A DNA stretch of 64,000 bases, from positions 1,426,001-1,490,000 of the forward strand of contig NC_043010.1 of NCBI RefSeq assembly GCF_006345805.1, written 5' to 3'. Position numbers and translations under genes: made by a program. The notes beneath the pieces are model-generated. The model had not been told where the DNA came from, ran no database searches, and saw nothing but the letters and a program-made list of their open reading frames with translations. Below are positions 11,789-25,601 of this stretch, piece by piece (positions within the stretch are counted from its first letter, which is position 1; each line of letters opens with the position of its first letter). This stretch comes from Octopus sinensis. Lineage: Eukaryota.

Positions 11789-12315
11789 GTCATTCAGTTT
11801 ATTTCAAGATTTCTTGCCAATAGAGAAAGAACCAGTTTCTAACCTAGACCCAAGGCTCCTTCATTGGAATTTCAACATCAACAAAAGGGTATTTTATTCT
11901 GTATGATAAATTTCTGGAAAGTTTTACAGATTTTATATTTCCAGTGATGGATTGGATCTGTAACTTCGAATTAGCTTTCTCCTTTCTAGTTTCGAGAAGT
12001 TTAATTTCTCAAGATTGGTATTTAGGCAGTGCGTTACATATCCCAGGGCCCCAATAATTACAAGTATAAACCTGAACTTGTAATCTGGATAGAGTAACTG
12101 CAGATTTCTCAATAGTTCAGCAGAGGTGTTCTCTTTTTCACTGATCTTCAGCTTTATGTTAACATTCGCTGGGCAGCTAATTTCTACAACTGTGCACAGT
12201 TTCTCTTCTCTATCCCAAATCATTATATCAGATCTTCACTGGTGCATTCCACCAGGTTTCCTTTTTATTATGAGTGGCTATGTCTTCAGCTATATTGTGA
12301 GTTCTTATTTATTTG
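11789..12315 (-). mobile_element. 5'-truncated RLE-type (R4-like) LINE: endonuclease domain and 3' UTR
   Basis: (P)DIMIWDREEKLCTVVEISCPANVNIKLKISEKENT...FILVIIGALG fits the PD-(D/E)xK RLE domain. Confidence 0.85.
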
Positions 12316-12697
12316 TCGACGGGAATATCCGTCAGTAATTACTCAGGGTAGGCAGTTTCTGACCTTTATGTAGTAAAACACACACAAAAAGCACGAAATA
12401 GGAGTGCGACTGAGTTGAAGGCAGATTTACTTCTGACTTTATAGCACGTAAAGAAAACAGTGTTGTAGGAATGTACACAACAGATGTACTACATACACCA
12501 ATACTATGCGTAGCTTAAATAATGAGCTTGAAAAGCAGGGGCGAATTATGCCTACCTTCTCTACAAAATAAAATACTTTGTATTTTATGCATAGTAATCA
12601 GAGTAACCTTCATAATTTTATTGAATTAGGTGCATATTTTGCCATAAAAGGAAAATGTTGCGATTGATCTGTTTTATTTAAAGTAGACACTGCTTAC

Positions 12698-12717
12698 CTT
12701 GCCTGTCTAGGCGCCAT
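12698..12717 (-). CDS. Candidate short first coding exon (MAPRQA-), host gene unknown
   Basis: CCGCGAC ATG GCG CCT AGA CAG GCA AG|GTAAGC in non-repetitive sequence; no downstream exon identified. Confidence 0.2.
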
Positions 12718-12864
12718 GTCGCGGATATATATAAAGATCCACTCGTATATCCGTCAGTAGAGGAGGTATAATTATCCAAAATGTTAGTAGAGAAGGTACT
12801 TCTTACGCGAAAACGATTGATAAGACTGGCCGTGATGGATATTTAATACATTTCGTATAATCTA

Positions 12865-12895
<31 letters not shown>

Positions 12896-12941
12896 CTATC
12901 TATCTATCTATTATCTATCTATCTATTTCTATATATATATA

Positions 12942-12982
<41 letters not shown>

Positions 12983-12994
12983 TGTGTGTGTAGG

Positions 12995-13044
<50 letters not shown>

Positions 13045-13045
<1 letters not shown>

Positions 13046-14309
13046 CAGGTCATCCCATAATTTTTGTCCGAATTTTGATTAAAGTAAGCAAGTGATCAAA
13101 TGTTATATTTAATTGAAATTTAATCATCAATGTACTTCCTCTGATTATCTATGACTTCCTTCCATCTATTTACAAGCTTTATAATCCTTTCAAAGCGAAG
13201 AACTCTGAAATGTCAGTTTCGACCTCCTCCTTGCTCGTGAAAGTTATGTCCCCCAAATGATTCTGTAAACTACGAAACAAATGGTAGTCTGAAGGATCAA
13301 GGTCGGGAGAATAAGGTGCATGAGAAATATTTTCCCAACGAAGCCCTTCGATCTTCTGTGATGTGATCTTTGCAGTGTGGGGTGGCGTATTGTCCTAATG
13401 AAATGACACTCATTTTCGATTCATTAAAGCGGGTCTTTTTTTCTTCAAAGCTTGGTACAAACGCTCTAATTGCTGACAGTAGACGTGAGTATTGATTGTT
13501 GCATTAGGTGGTAGGAATTCACAGTGAATTACTCCTTTGGAATCTAACCAGATTGAGAGAAGTACCTTTTTCCCATGAAGTTCCCTTCTCGGTTGTGGTT
13601 GAGCCTTTTCCCTTTTACCAAGCTACTGTTTACGACGTTTAACATTTCAATAGAAGATCCATTTTTCATCATCAGTCACAAGTCTATCCCAAAAGGGTGA
13701 AATGAGTTCGCTAGAATGGAGAGAAGAGCAGATGTCAACTCGAGATTTGCGGTTGCTTTCGGATAATTAATGAGGCATCCATTTTCCTGGTTTAGAAACC
13801 TTTCCAAGTTGTTGAAGATGACGATGAATAGTTGTATGGTTTGAACTAAGCTTTATTGCCAATTCTTCAAGTGACAATGCAGGATTTTCTTCAAGAAATG
13901 TCTCAAGGAACTTATCATCAAACTCAACTAGACGTCCTGTTCGATCTTCATCTTCAAAGCTGAAATCTCCACTTTTGAATTTTGCAAACCATCTTCTGCA
14001 AGTTCCTTCATTCAAGCATTCTTTCCCATAAACTGAGTGTATGTTTCAAGTCGCTTCAGCTGCAGAGTTTCCTTTTTTGTACTCATAAAGCATTATGTGC
14101 CTTAAATGCTCTTTGGATACTTCCATGTTAGAAAGAGTTTTAATCAAAGAAAGTTTAATTGTATTATTCTGTAAAATAATATTTAATTAGTTTAAATGTA
14201 CACAAATGCATAAAAATAACTTTTTAATTCCATAAGGCAATCCAAAATACTATTAAATTTCATTCAATTTTAAAAAGGTAACTCGGACAGAACTTATGGG
14301 ATGACCTAT
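13045..14309 (-). mobile_element. Near full-length mariner (DD34D) element, about 1.27 kb, inactive
   Basis: TIRs AGGTCATCCCATAA.TT.TGTCCGA at both ends with TA flanks; motifs GKWMPH, DDEKWIFY, YSPDLDPSDYHLFRSLQNHL. Confidence 0.95.
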
Positions 14310-14331
14310 ATATAATAAATTATATAAATAA

Positions 14332-14372
<41 letters not shown>

Positions 14373-14994
14373 ATATATATGTGTGTATTGTGTGTGTGTG
14401 TGTGTGTGTATGTATATATAATTATGTATACATATATAAGAGTATATATATAAATATATATAATATAATATCAGGATATATAAACATACATACACACATA
14501 TATATATACATATACATATGTAAGTACATGCAATGTATATTTAGCTATCTGTCTACCTATGTATGTATGTATGCATCTATGTACGTATATATATATGTCT
14601 TCATGAGTGTGTGTGTATGTGTTGCATAAATATAAACATGAGATTTGAAGACAAACTAGCATTGAGCTTAAAACGCAATATATGACAACGGGTAGAAAGT
14701 AGAGAAGATAAATAAGACGGAGGAGACGCGTCAGAAATGTTCCTGAGTTCAATCCTAATTAACGAAATTTTGTAAATGCAACATATAATGAAGGACAGAG
14801 CTCGTGCCATCGAACCGAATTCTGTAGAAAAAATTTAGAACGAAAACTGAAAAACTGAAAGAAAAAAAATGAGGTTAACAGCCTGAAAACATTTTTCCAT
14901 CAGTGCTAATAATAAGTGGTTTCGAAAAATATAATTTACGTATAGAAAATCATTTCACTTAAAAAAGCAATGAAAACATTACAATAACGAGAAT

Positions 14995-15004
14995 AATAAT
15001 GATG

Positions 15005-15060
<56 letters not shown>

Positions 15061-15070
15061 TGATAATAAT
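14995..15070. repeat. (AAT)n microsatellite
   Basis: Direct reading. Confidence 0.95.
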
Positions 15071-15779
15071 AGATGACAACAACAACAATGGCAATAATAA
15101 ATTATAAGTTTTACTTGCAACAATTATTCTTCAAGAGTTATATTTTCCCTTTGCATCTCATTATACTACGTAATATATAAATATGTACATATATACATAC
15201 ATTTACATATGTGTGCGCGTGTGTGTGTTTGTGTGTGTGTGTATAAATATAGGTATATATATATATAATATATATATATATCTATATACATATATATTCA
15301 TTTACTTATATACATACTCATACATACACACACACACACATATCTATACTCATACATACATATATGCATATAGGTATGTGTATACATACACAGATACCTG
15401 CACACATATACACACACACACACACACACATATATAAACATATATATTTAATAAACAAATACAAAAGTAATAAGTAAACACATAGATAATTTTAAAGGCA
15501 AACACTTTACAAAAAATACAAAAAGACAATTTTTTTAAAGAATGAAACAAAAATCAAAATCACTAAAGAACTGGGAAAACAGAGACAACAACATCACGAA
15601 CAACAACAATCTCCTGGAAAAAATTATGCGTTATTTATACGTTATCTTTTCAAAATAATTAAATATATTATATATATGAATCTCATCGTCTCTCTGTCCC
15701 TTTCTCTCTGTGTATATATATAAATATATATAAATATGTTATATATATATATGTTAATATATATATATCCATATATATG

Positions 15780-15841
<62 letters not shown>

Positions 15842-16047
15842 GTATATATTATAATATATGTATATATATGTATATATATATATATATGTCTCTCTCTCTC
15901 TATCAATTCATATACAATACATTATGTATATAAACATATGCATATATGTATTGTGTTTTGTGCGTGTATGAATACACTTATTCATATATATATATACAAG
16001 CATATATATATATATATATATGCATGCATACAGATACACATATATGT

Positions 16048-16084
<37 letters not shown>

Positions 16085-16399
16085 CTTTAGACACACACAC
16101 ACATATATTTACATACATATAAATATATTTATATATGTATATACGTGCATATATATGTGTGTATATTTGTATGTATATATATATATATGTGTGTATATTT
16201 GTATGTATAGAAATATATTTGTATATGCATACATATATGCTTGTATATATATACAACTATATATATAATACATAATGTATGTTTATTGTGTATTTGTGAG
16301 TGGGTATCTGGGTATGCAAGTGTATGTGTGTGTATGTTTGTGTGTTTATTTTCATTTGCATGTTTATAAGGCTTCAGTCGCTCTATATTACAGCCAACC

Positions 16400-16624
16400 C
16401 CGCCACCCCCGCAACCACCACCCCACCACCACCACCACCACATCACTCCCATCACCAAAACCACCGCCTCTGCAACTTCGCTGCCGCCGCTGCCTCCAAA
16501 AACACTCGCACCGATACACCACTGCACACATTCTTCCTCCGATTCAGACATCTGATTCCCACTCATTAAAAATCATTAGCAGATGCAAGAGCATAGGACG
16601 TCATCAATATTGGAATCATTATCA

Positions 16625-16655
<31 letters not shown>

Positions 16656-16760
16656 CATCCCCTTCTCCTCCTCCTCCTCCTCCTCAATATTATTATATTC
16701 ATCACTATCATCGTCGTTATTGATATCAACATCATCATTCTTGTCGTCATCGACCTCTTA

Positions 16761-16795
<35 letters not shown>

Positions 16796-17092
16796 TATCA
16801 TCATCATTATCATCATCATTCGTCTCGTCATCATTCTCTTAATCATCTTCCCTTCCTCCTCCTTCCCTTCCTCCTCTTCGTGCTCCCTGTCCTCCTTCTC
16901 ACCATCATCATCCCGCTCTCCTTTCTCCATCTCTTCATTATTCACATAATCATCGTTGTCAATATCGACGTCATCCTCCTCCACCTCCTCCTCCTCATCA
17001 TCATCATCATTACCATCATCATCATCATCATCATTACCATCATCATCATCATCATTACCATCATCATCATCATCATCATCATTACCATCATC

Positions 17093-17144
<52 letters not shown>

Positions 17145-17165
17145 GCTTCATCGTCATCATTAGCT
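16400..17165. repeat. Compound (CCA)/(TCG)/(CTC)/(TCA)n trinucleotide block
   Basis: Direct reading; source of spurious poly-I/M/S ORFs. Confidence 0.95.
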
Positions 17166-17413
17166 TCAATAGAAACAGCAACAGAACATTAAAAAGAAAA
17201 AATTGTAAAAGAAAACATGTACATTGAACAACTCTGCCATTTCTGACTTGAGACAGAAATATATAAAAAACAAAAAAACACATTAAATATTAAAATAAGA
17301 AACGTAAAAACAAGCAGAAATATTTTGATTTGATTTGATCTAGTTTCAGCTCATAAGCTCTGGCAATGCTGGGGCACCACCATCTATATATATATATATA
17401 TAGAGAGAAGAGA

Positions 17414-17444
<31 letters not shown>

Positions 17445-17597
17445 GAGAGATATTGTCTTTGAAAACGTGATGGTGATGGTTTTGGTGGTGGGAACACGGA
17501 AACACTTACCTCACCGAAGAATTCAAAGGAAAAAAGGTAAAGAAAAAAATAGAACATGAATCAAAGAGGAAAATTCCTCCGAAATCTTTTCTCTTGC

Positions 17598-17645
<48 letters not shown>

Positions 17646-18320
17646 TTTCTTTCTTTCTTTCTTTCTCTTTCTCTCTCTCTCTCTGAATGCAGATATATCT
17701 ATCTATCTACCTATCTCCCTCCTTATCTCCCTCACCGTCTCTCTCTGCTCTTTCTCTCTCTCTCTCTCTATCACGCACATATATATACATATATAAATAT
17801 ATACGTAGTTATATATCTATACTTATGTGCATGAAGATGAATATATATATATATATGTGTGTGTGTGTATATACATATATATATATACACACACACATAT
17901 GTGTGTATATATATATAAGCATATATAGAGAGAGAAAGGGAAAGAGAGAAAGACATGCATAAATGTCTATACACACACACACATACACACACACACATAT
18001 AAATATAGGGAGAAAGAATGAAAGAGATGCATAAATGTAAATATATATATATATATACATATATATTTATAGACATGGTTATACACATGCACACGCAGAT
18101 ACACAACCACCAGGAATCCCTGATATTCAAAGTTAATTGAATACATAAGTGAACCGCTGATTCTTCTATTCTCTAACTCCTCTCAACCGTCATTTCCTTT
18201 TCACATACACAAACACTCCTCACGCACACACACACTCACACACATATTTCAGCATACAGTCACAGACCCATATATACATACATTCATGTATACATACATA
18301 TATATACACACACATATATA

Positions 18321-18400
<80 letters not shown>

Positions 18401-19442
18401 GGTGTGTGGTGTGTGTGTGTGTATACATATATACATACAGAAACATATAATATATTTATATTTATTTCTATATATATATATGATTATATATATTTACATG
18501 CACATGCATAATACAGACACGGACACACAGATACACACAGATATATATGATGTATATATGATATATATATATATATATATATGTATCTATAAATATGTAT
18601 ATGTTTATAGGAATATATATAATATATATATATTATATATGTAATATATGTGTATTTGTGTGTGGATGGTGTACACACCCACACAAGCACCGCTACCTCC
18701 ACATACACACACATATATATTTGTGTGTGTGTGCGTGTATATATATATATATTATATATATTATATTATATAATACTTTGTGCGCGTTTGTGTTCGCGAC
18801 CATATAACGTAAACATCACAATTGTCACACTTCCACAAACAAGACAACTTGTATCATTCCCACCGTCATTAACATTTACAGAGATTATTACCGTAACCTA
18901 ATAACAGATACGTACATATTCACTATTACGCAAACATATACTGAGTGTGTGTGTGTGTGTGGCTAAATGCACATGTGTGTTTGTGTAAGAATGTGTGAGA
19001 GTGTAGGTTGTGTGAGTGTAAATGTGTACATCCGTGTAAAAATCGAATTCATTAAATTCACATTCTTGAATAAGCCTCAGCGCTGTGATTCCCACTTTGC
19101 TTTTTACTTCCTTATTTTCTCTTTTCTTTTCCCTCTCCATGTATCTGGACATATGACAGCTGTCCGAAACGTCAATATCTTTTCAATTTCTTTACAGTGC
19201 GATACATTGACTTTGTTCTCTTGTTCGTTGTTTTTCTAATCTTATAGTTTGATTTTGTCTACTTCACGCACACACACATACGCACACACACGCACACACA
19301 CACAAAAAGACATACACACACATATATACATATATTTATGTATTTACACTCATACATATATACATAAATATATATATGTATATACATACATATATATATA
19401 TGAATGTATATATGTATGTATATATGTATATGTATGGATATG

Positions 19443-19504
<62 letters not shown>

Positions 19505-19924
19505 GTGTGTGTATGTATATATGTGTATGTGTTTATTTATGTATATGTATATGAGTGCAAGACTTTCAATGCATATGTGCGATTTCAATGCACACGCCCC
19601 CTTCACTTATATGGATATGCATAAGTGCGCATATGTGTTGGTGTAGATGTGTGATGAGACAGTGCATAAATATAGTATATATATATATATGTGTGCGTGT
19701 GCGTGTGCGTGTACGTATGCATTTTTGTGTGACTGTGTACGTATGTAGACGTTGTGAACGCAGGGTGTTTATGCTTATTTATTGTGAGAATATGGCTTTG
19801 TGTGTATTTATATATATATTTTATACATTTTAAATATTTTTTATCTTTTTTCTTCTTTCGTCTTCCACTAATGAGAGTTAGCTCCCTTATATTTAACGGT
19901 TATTCTTAGAGTGTGTTACCATTA

Positions 19925-19983
19925 ATAGCCGACGAGAATGTGTCGTAGTTATTCGCTCCGGCATTCGAAACTCCGAGTACTAT
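19925..19983 (+). ncRNA. Type I hammerhead-like motif with CCGACGA core variant
   Basis: ATAG CCGACGA GAATGT-19 nt-GCATTC GAAA CT-CCG-AGT A CTAT: all three stems pair. Confidence 0.6.
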
Positions 19984-20082
19984 AATGACAGCCTTTTACT
20001 GTTTGTACTATTTTATAACATATATAAATAATACTCTATTTCTTAGAAGTATCGAGCTCTCAGCTTTTGTTGCTACATTTAT

Positions 20083-20240
<158 letters not shown>

Positions 20241-20329
20241 TCTTAACCCCCAGATTCCGAGTTCGATTCCAGGCAGTGACCTGAACAATAAGTGTGAATT
20301 CTGTAGAATAATAAAGAACTTTCTTTGCA

Positions 20330-20920
20330 GTGGTTGGACCAAAATGAAGCACCGAAAACCTTCCTTAAACCCGAGCTCTTCAAAAGGAAGGTTATGGTGA
20401 TTGTTTGGTGGTTACTGCTGGACTCATCCATTATAACTTCTTAACGCCCGAAAAAACCATTACTGCAAAACATATTGTCATGAAATTGCATAAATGAACG
20501 AAAATCTGTTACTCCCCCGTCCCAGACTGGTCAACAGAAGAGGGCCAATCATTCTTCATGGCAATATTCGACCACAATTTTCACTCCAGAAGTTGAGGGT
20601 ACTTGGCTACGAAGTTCTCGGTCAAGTATATACCCCAGACCTTTCTCCTTCCGACTACCACTTTTTCAAGCACCTTGATGAGTTTCTGCGAGAGAAGGAG
20701 TTCAAAATTCAAGCCAATGCTGAAAGTGTGTTCAAAGAGTGCATCAGCTCCAGAACTCCAGTTGTTTATGTTACCAAAATAAACAAACTTGTAACTCGTT
20801 GGCAAAGATGTGTTGATTGTAATGGTGCTTACTTTGATGAATAAAATTTCGGCATTGTTGAAATATATTGTGATGGATTTCATGTTTCAAAACGTTGCTT
20901 AACTTTTTACTCAGCCTGAC
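20330..20920 (+). mobile_element. mariner 3' half (catalytic domain plus right TIR)
   Basis: HGNIRPQ, YTPDLSPSDYHFFKHLDEFL, KLVTRWQRCVDCNGAYFDE*, followed by TIR-like AACTTTTTACTCAGCCTGA. Confidence 0.9.
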
Positions 20921-21000
20921 ATATATATATATACATACATACATACATATATATATACACACACAAAATATAATATAATATTAATCATATATATATGTAA

Positions 21001-21074
<74 letters not shown>

Positions 21075-21078
<4 letters not shown>

Positions 21079-21560
21079 AGGGACAGGATGTCACCAACTG
21101 TGTAAACAACATGAAATACGAAAACAAATGAGGTAAATGCGCAAACAACCAGAGACAAAATGGAAAAGAGAACAAGTAAACACAGAGAATTACTCTTCAT
21201 CAGTTGTCGGCTGTCTATCTGCTCCTCATTTCAAGCATTCAACGACCGTATGAGTCTTCAAAGACTGTTGCTCCTATAAATTGTGAAATAAAATTTAGCA
21301 GTTATGGAGAGTGAAAGCTGGAACAAAAAGAGGACAGTCGAGACATAGATAGAAGGAAACCGAGCGAAAGCAAACATGATGGATCGTTAGAGCAGAACGA
21401 AAGGAAAATAGTGAATGCTGGGAGAAAGGTTTTCTTTGAAAACAGAAAAGATAGAAGACAGAAAAGGAAAACGTCCATTCCTTTGAACGTCTGTGCAGGA
21501 AAAGAAAGATGGTTTCCTGAGGAAAACAAAAGTTGGACGATGGTCACATGGTAGCAACGA
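21075..21560 (-). mobile_element. PLE pLTR family 2, diverged copy with permuted HHR at 21187-21254
   Basis: Reverse complement aligns with 10550-11030 and 31020-31390. Confidence 0.7.
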
Positions 21561-21581
21561 GAGAGTGAAAACGAGAAGGAG

Positions 21582-21613
<32 letters not shown>

Positions 21614-21749
21614 CAGAGAGACAGAGAGACAGAGAGACAGAGAGACAGAGAGACAGACAGACAGAAAACGGTGAAAGAGGGAGGGGTAAAATGGAATTAA
21701 AGAAGGACGGAAGAAGAAAACAGTGTAGAGTAGAGTCGCATGAAAAAGG

Positions 21750-21789
<40 letters not shown>

Positions 21790-21795
<6 letters not shown>

Positions 21796-22230
21796 GGAGA
21801 TGTTCAGATGTCAGGGACGCCTGCGAAAGCTAAACCGGTCCACAACACATCGACAAATGCTCGCTAAATGATCGACAACTAGGAACTGGCCAGGAGCTGG
21901 CGTCCAGTGGAATGTCCGGCGGCCCAGGTCGATGAAACAGCCCTCTTCGTTAGATGCAGGTGAAGTGTTGCAGAGTAGTGCATATAGCATGACACGGCGC
22001 ACAAAGCTATGAATATCAGCACGTGTCTGAAATTCGTTACTGGATGGAGTGAGGGGAATGAAGCGCAGACCCCTACCGGGAAAAGAGCGCTTCGCCTCAG
22101 AGAAGGGAAGATCAGGAGGAATGGTAACAATAGACTGATGTGGGAAGGGGTGGGTGGGTCAGATGTGGGAGGGGTGGTGGGGTAGTGGAAGGCTGGGAGG
22201 AGAGAGATGAGGGTAAATGTGTGGGGGTTG
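21790..22230 (-). mobile_element. Probable degraded Penelope GIY-YIG endonuclease region
   Basis: Remnants FTC (CTTCACCTGC), TGRQL (ACTGGACGCCAGCT) and LAEHL-like text upstream of, and co-oriented with, the family 2 pLTR. Confidence 0.45.
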
Positions 22231-22234
22231 GAAT

Positions 22235-22778
22235 GATTTTTATTCTGATTTTCATTGAATTTATGTGGAACCCACTTATCCAAACTTTTTCACTTTACCG
22301 ATCTGGACTAGGTGAGTCAATATTGTTTGTTTGCTGACACCAAACAACAACGATAATCCACGGGCACTTTGAGATGGATCTGACACAACGGTGGCCTTCA
22401 GTTCTTTATTATTCACCTTTGTTTCTGGTCGACCACATTGCTCATTTGTGAGGTCAAAGTTACCAGAACGAAATTTTTCAAACCAATTTGATACTGGCTG
22501 CTGTGTAATAACATCAAAATGAAATACTCCATTAATATTCCGAGCTGTCTGTGATGCTGTATTTCCAAGAAAGAACTCATATTTCAAAACTGTACAAATG
22601 TCCGACTTATCCATCTCTAAACTAAAATACCAAAAAACGATTTATAAATACTTTATAAAGCGCAAAAGGAGCTAGAATAAAGAAAATGAAGATTGTCAAA
22701 ATATAATAATGGCACAAAATGAGCAGCTGTGAAAGTTTGACAAATACCTTGCTGCAAATTTCATACTTGACGACCTAA
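22235..22778 (-). mobile_element. mariner 5' part (left TIR plus HTH domains)
   Basis: MDKSDICTVLKYEFFLGNTASQTARNIN...WFEKFRSGNFDL...GRP...KWVPHK; TIR TTAGGTCGTC with TA at 22779-80. Confidence 0.9.
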
Positions 22779-22969
22779 TATATGTATGTGCCTTTGTGTT
22801 TGTATTTGCCCCCTTCCTCGTACGTTCTCGTGAATTAGCGGTTTGACAAAAGTGATCGATAGGATAAGTGTGAAGCTTTAGAAGGAATTGTTTGACTATA
22901 ACCATTCAAAGTGGTGCTCCAGTATGGCCTAATTTCAATGACAGAAACAAGTAAGAGATAAACATCCTG

Positions 22970-23142
22970 CTGCTGCTACTGCTCCTGCCGCCCCTGCTCT
23001 TACTTTTGCTGTCCTTACAGCTGCTGCTGCTGCTTCCACTGCTCCCACTGCTGCGGCTGCTGCTGCTTCCGCTGCTGCTTCCGCTGCTGCTGCTGCTGCT
23101 GCTCTTCCGCTGCTGCTGCTGCCGCTGCCGCTGCTGCTGCTA
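22970..23142. repeat. Degenerate (GCT)n tract
   Basis: Direct reading. Confidence 0.9.
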
Positions 23143-23399
23143 TTATTGTTTTGAGCTACTGTTATAATTGTTTTTGTTGTTTAACCGACCAGATATATGT
23201 TCAAACATCCCCACACAATTTCTTTACATTGAGGCATAGTTTATCTAGGAGTATATCACCCACTGTGTTCTTAGAAAAAAACAAAATCAAAAAATAAAAA
23301 GAAAACAGACCCCCCGGTGTGATCCGAGAGGTTTGACTGTTTGCTCTTGCAGGTTCACTGACCACGTGGGTGTTCTTCGATGGCGTCCGTTTTATTGTT

Positions 23400-23921
23400 A
23401 TTGTTGTTCTTGTCCTTGATCATTATCATCATCATCCTCTTCGTCTTCATTTACTTCCCTCCCTCTTCTTCTAGATGTTGTTGTTCTTCTCTCAATTCTT
23501 TTTCTTCTTCCTTTTTTCTTCTTCTTCTTGTTCATTTTCTTCTTCCTTCTTCTACTTCTTTCTTTTCATCTTCTTCTTCTTCTTCTTCCTCTTCCTTTTT
23601 TATTCTTCTTTTTTCTTCTTCCTTTTTCTTCTTCTTCTTCTTCTTCTTCTATCTTCTTCTTCTTCTTATCTCTTCTTCTTCTTCTTCTTCTTCCTCTTCC
23701 TTTTTTATTCTCCTTTTTTCTTCTTCCTTTTTCTTCTTCTTCTTCTTCTTCTTCTTATCTTCTTCTTCTTCTTCTTCTTCCTTCCTTTCTTCTTCTTCTC
23801 CTTCTTCTTCTTCTTCTTCTTCCTTCTTCTACTTCTTTCTTCTACTTCTTTCTTCTTCTTCTTCTTCTTTTCTTCTTCTTCTTCTTCTTCTTCTTCTTCC
23901 TTTTTTCTTCTTCTTCTTTTT

Positions 23922-23952
<31 letters not shown>

Positions 23953-24315
23953 TCTTCTTCTTCTTCCTTTTTTCTTCTTCTTCTTTTTCTTCTTCTTCTT
24001 CTTCTTCTTCTCCTCCACCTCCTCCTCCTCCTCCCCTTCCATTATCCTTCCTGTCCCCTTTTCACTGTTATTCTTTTTCCTTTCCCAGCTCTTACTCTTC
24101 TTACTGTTGTCATTGCATTTGATTTCGTTGTTGTTGTTGTTGTTGCTGTTGCAGTGTTGGTGTTTTGGTGCCATTACCATCTTACTTTCCGTCGTTCTTC
24201 GTTGTTCTTCTTGTTGTTATGATAATTAATGTTACACCAGTTGTTTTTGTCAATACAGTCGGCGTCGACATTGTCGTTCATGTCACTCTTATCATCGTCA
24301 TCATCACCATCATCG

Positions 24316-24350
<35 letters not shown>

Positions 24351-24372
24351 GTCATCATCGTAATCATCATCG

Positions 24373-24407
<35 letters not shown>

Positions 24408-24432
24408 GTCATCATCGTAATCATCATCATCG

Positions 24433-24479
<47 letters not shown>

Positions 24480-24870
24480 GTCACCGTCATCGTCATCATC
24501 ATCATCATCGCCATCATCATCATCATCATCATCGGCGTCGCCGTTATTATCGTCACGTCATCGTCATAATCATCATTGCCATCATCATCATCAGCATCAT
24601 TATGACCACCACCACCGCCCCATCATCATTATCATGATCATCATCTTCACGACTATCACCACCACCACTACCTCCACCACTACCACCACCATCATCATCA
24701 TCATCCTCGTCATCATAATTTTCATCATCATCGTCGTTATCATCATCATCATCATAATCATCATCGTCGTCGTCGTCATCATCATCATGACCACCACTAC
24801 GGCCGCCACCACCACCCCACCATCACCACCACCATCATCGCATAAACACATCATAATCATCATCATCATC

Positions 24871-24904
<34 letters not shown>

Positions 24905-24990
24905 CCATTTTTATTATTATCATTATTATTATTATTATTATATTGTTGTTGTTATTATTATCATTATTATTATTATTATTATTAATGCTG
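23400..24990. repeat. Large compound block (TTC)n, (TCA)n/(TCG)n, (CCA)n, (ATT)n
   Basis: Direct reading. Confidence 0.97.
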
Positions 24991-25376
24991 TTAATGATAA
25001 CGGTAAAGACGACCCCCACCAACGACGGCGAGAAAGAACAAGGACGACAACAAGAATAACAACACTTAAAATGTTAATGCTACTGGTGTCAATGTCACTT
25101 CAATAAACTGTTTATTGTTGTTGCTCTCCTTGGAATTGTTTTTGTTGTTGTTGTACACTTTTCCGTTCTTTTACCATTTCTTCTCCACTTTTCTACTTTA
25201 AATGTCTTTTGTTTGTTTCATGCGTGTTTCGGAATTGTTTTACTCACTATTCCTCATCGCTTATTTTGTTATTTTGTTTACTCTAATCCCCAAACATGTG
25301 TGTGTGTGTGTGTATACACACATATACACACATATAAATACATACATACATACATACCTATTTATATATATATACC

Positions 25377-25414
<38 letters not shown>

Positions 25415-25526
25415 CTAGAACACATATATACATATAGCTGTATAGACATACAAATATACACACAAACATCTATATGTTGGCATGTATATATGCATATACT
25501 GTTTTATATAACACACACACCACACA

Positions 25527-25601
<75 letters not shown>

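Noticed and set aside
17504-17560. Consensus donor GAG|GTAAGT on the minus strand
   Set aside because: No supportable acceptor or reading frame upstream; surrounded by microsatellites.
19145-19176. GGACA..TGTCC-GAAACGTC, resembling HHR stem II plus GAAA plus cleavage site
   Set aside because: No CUGANGA box upstream or downstream; at most a remnant.
23380-24229. Long ORFs of 215-280 aa (poly F/L/S)
   Set aside because: Translations of (TTC)n; open only because the repeat lacks stop codons. The same applies to the YI/HT/VC/poly-I/poly-M ORFs throughout the track.
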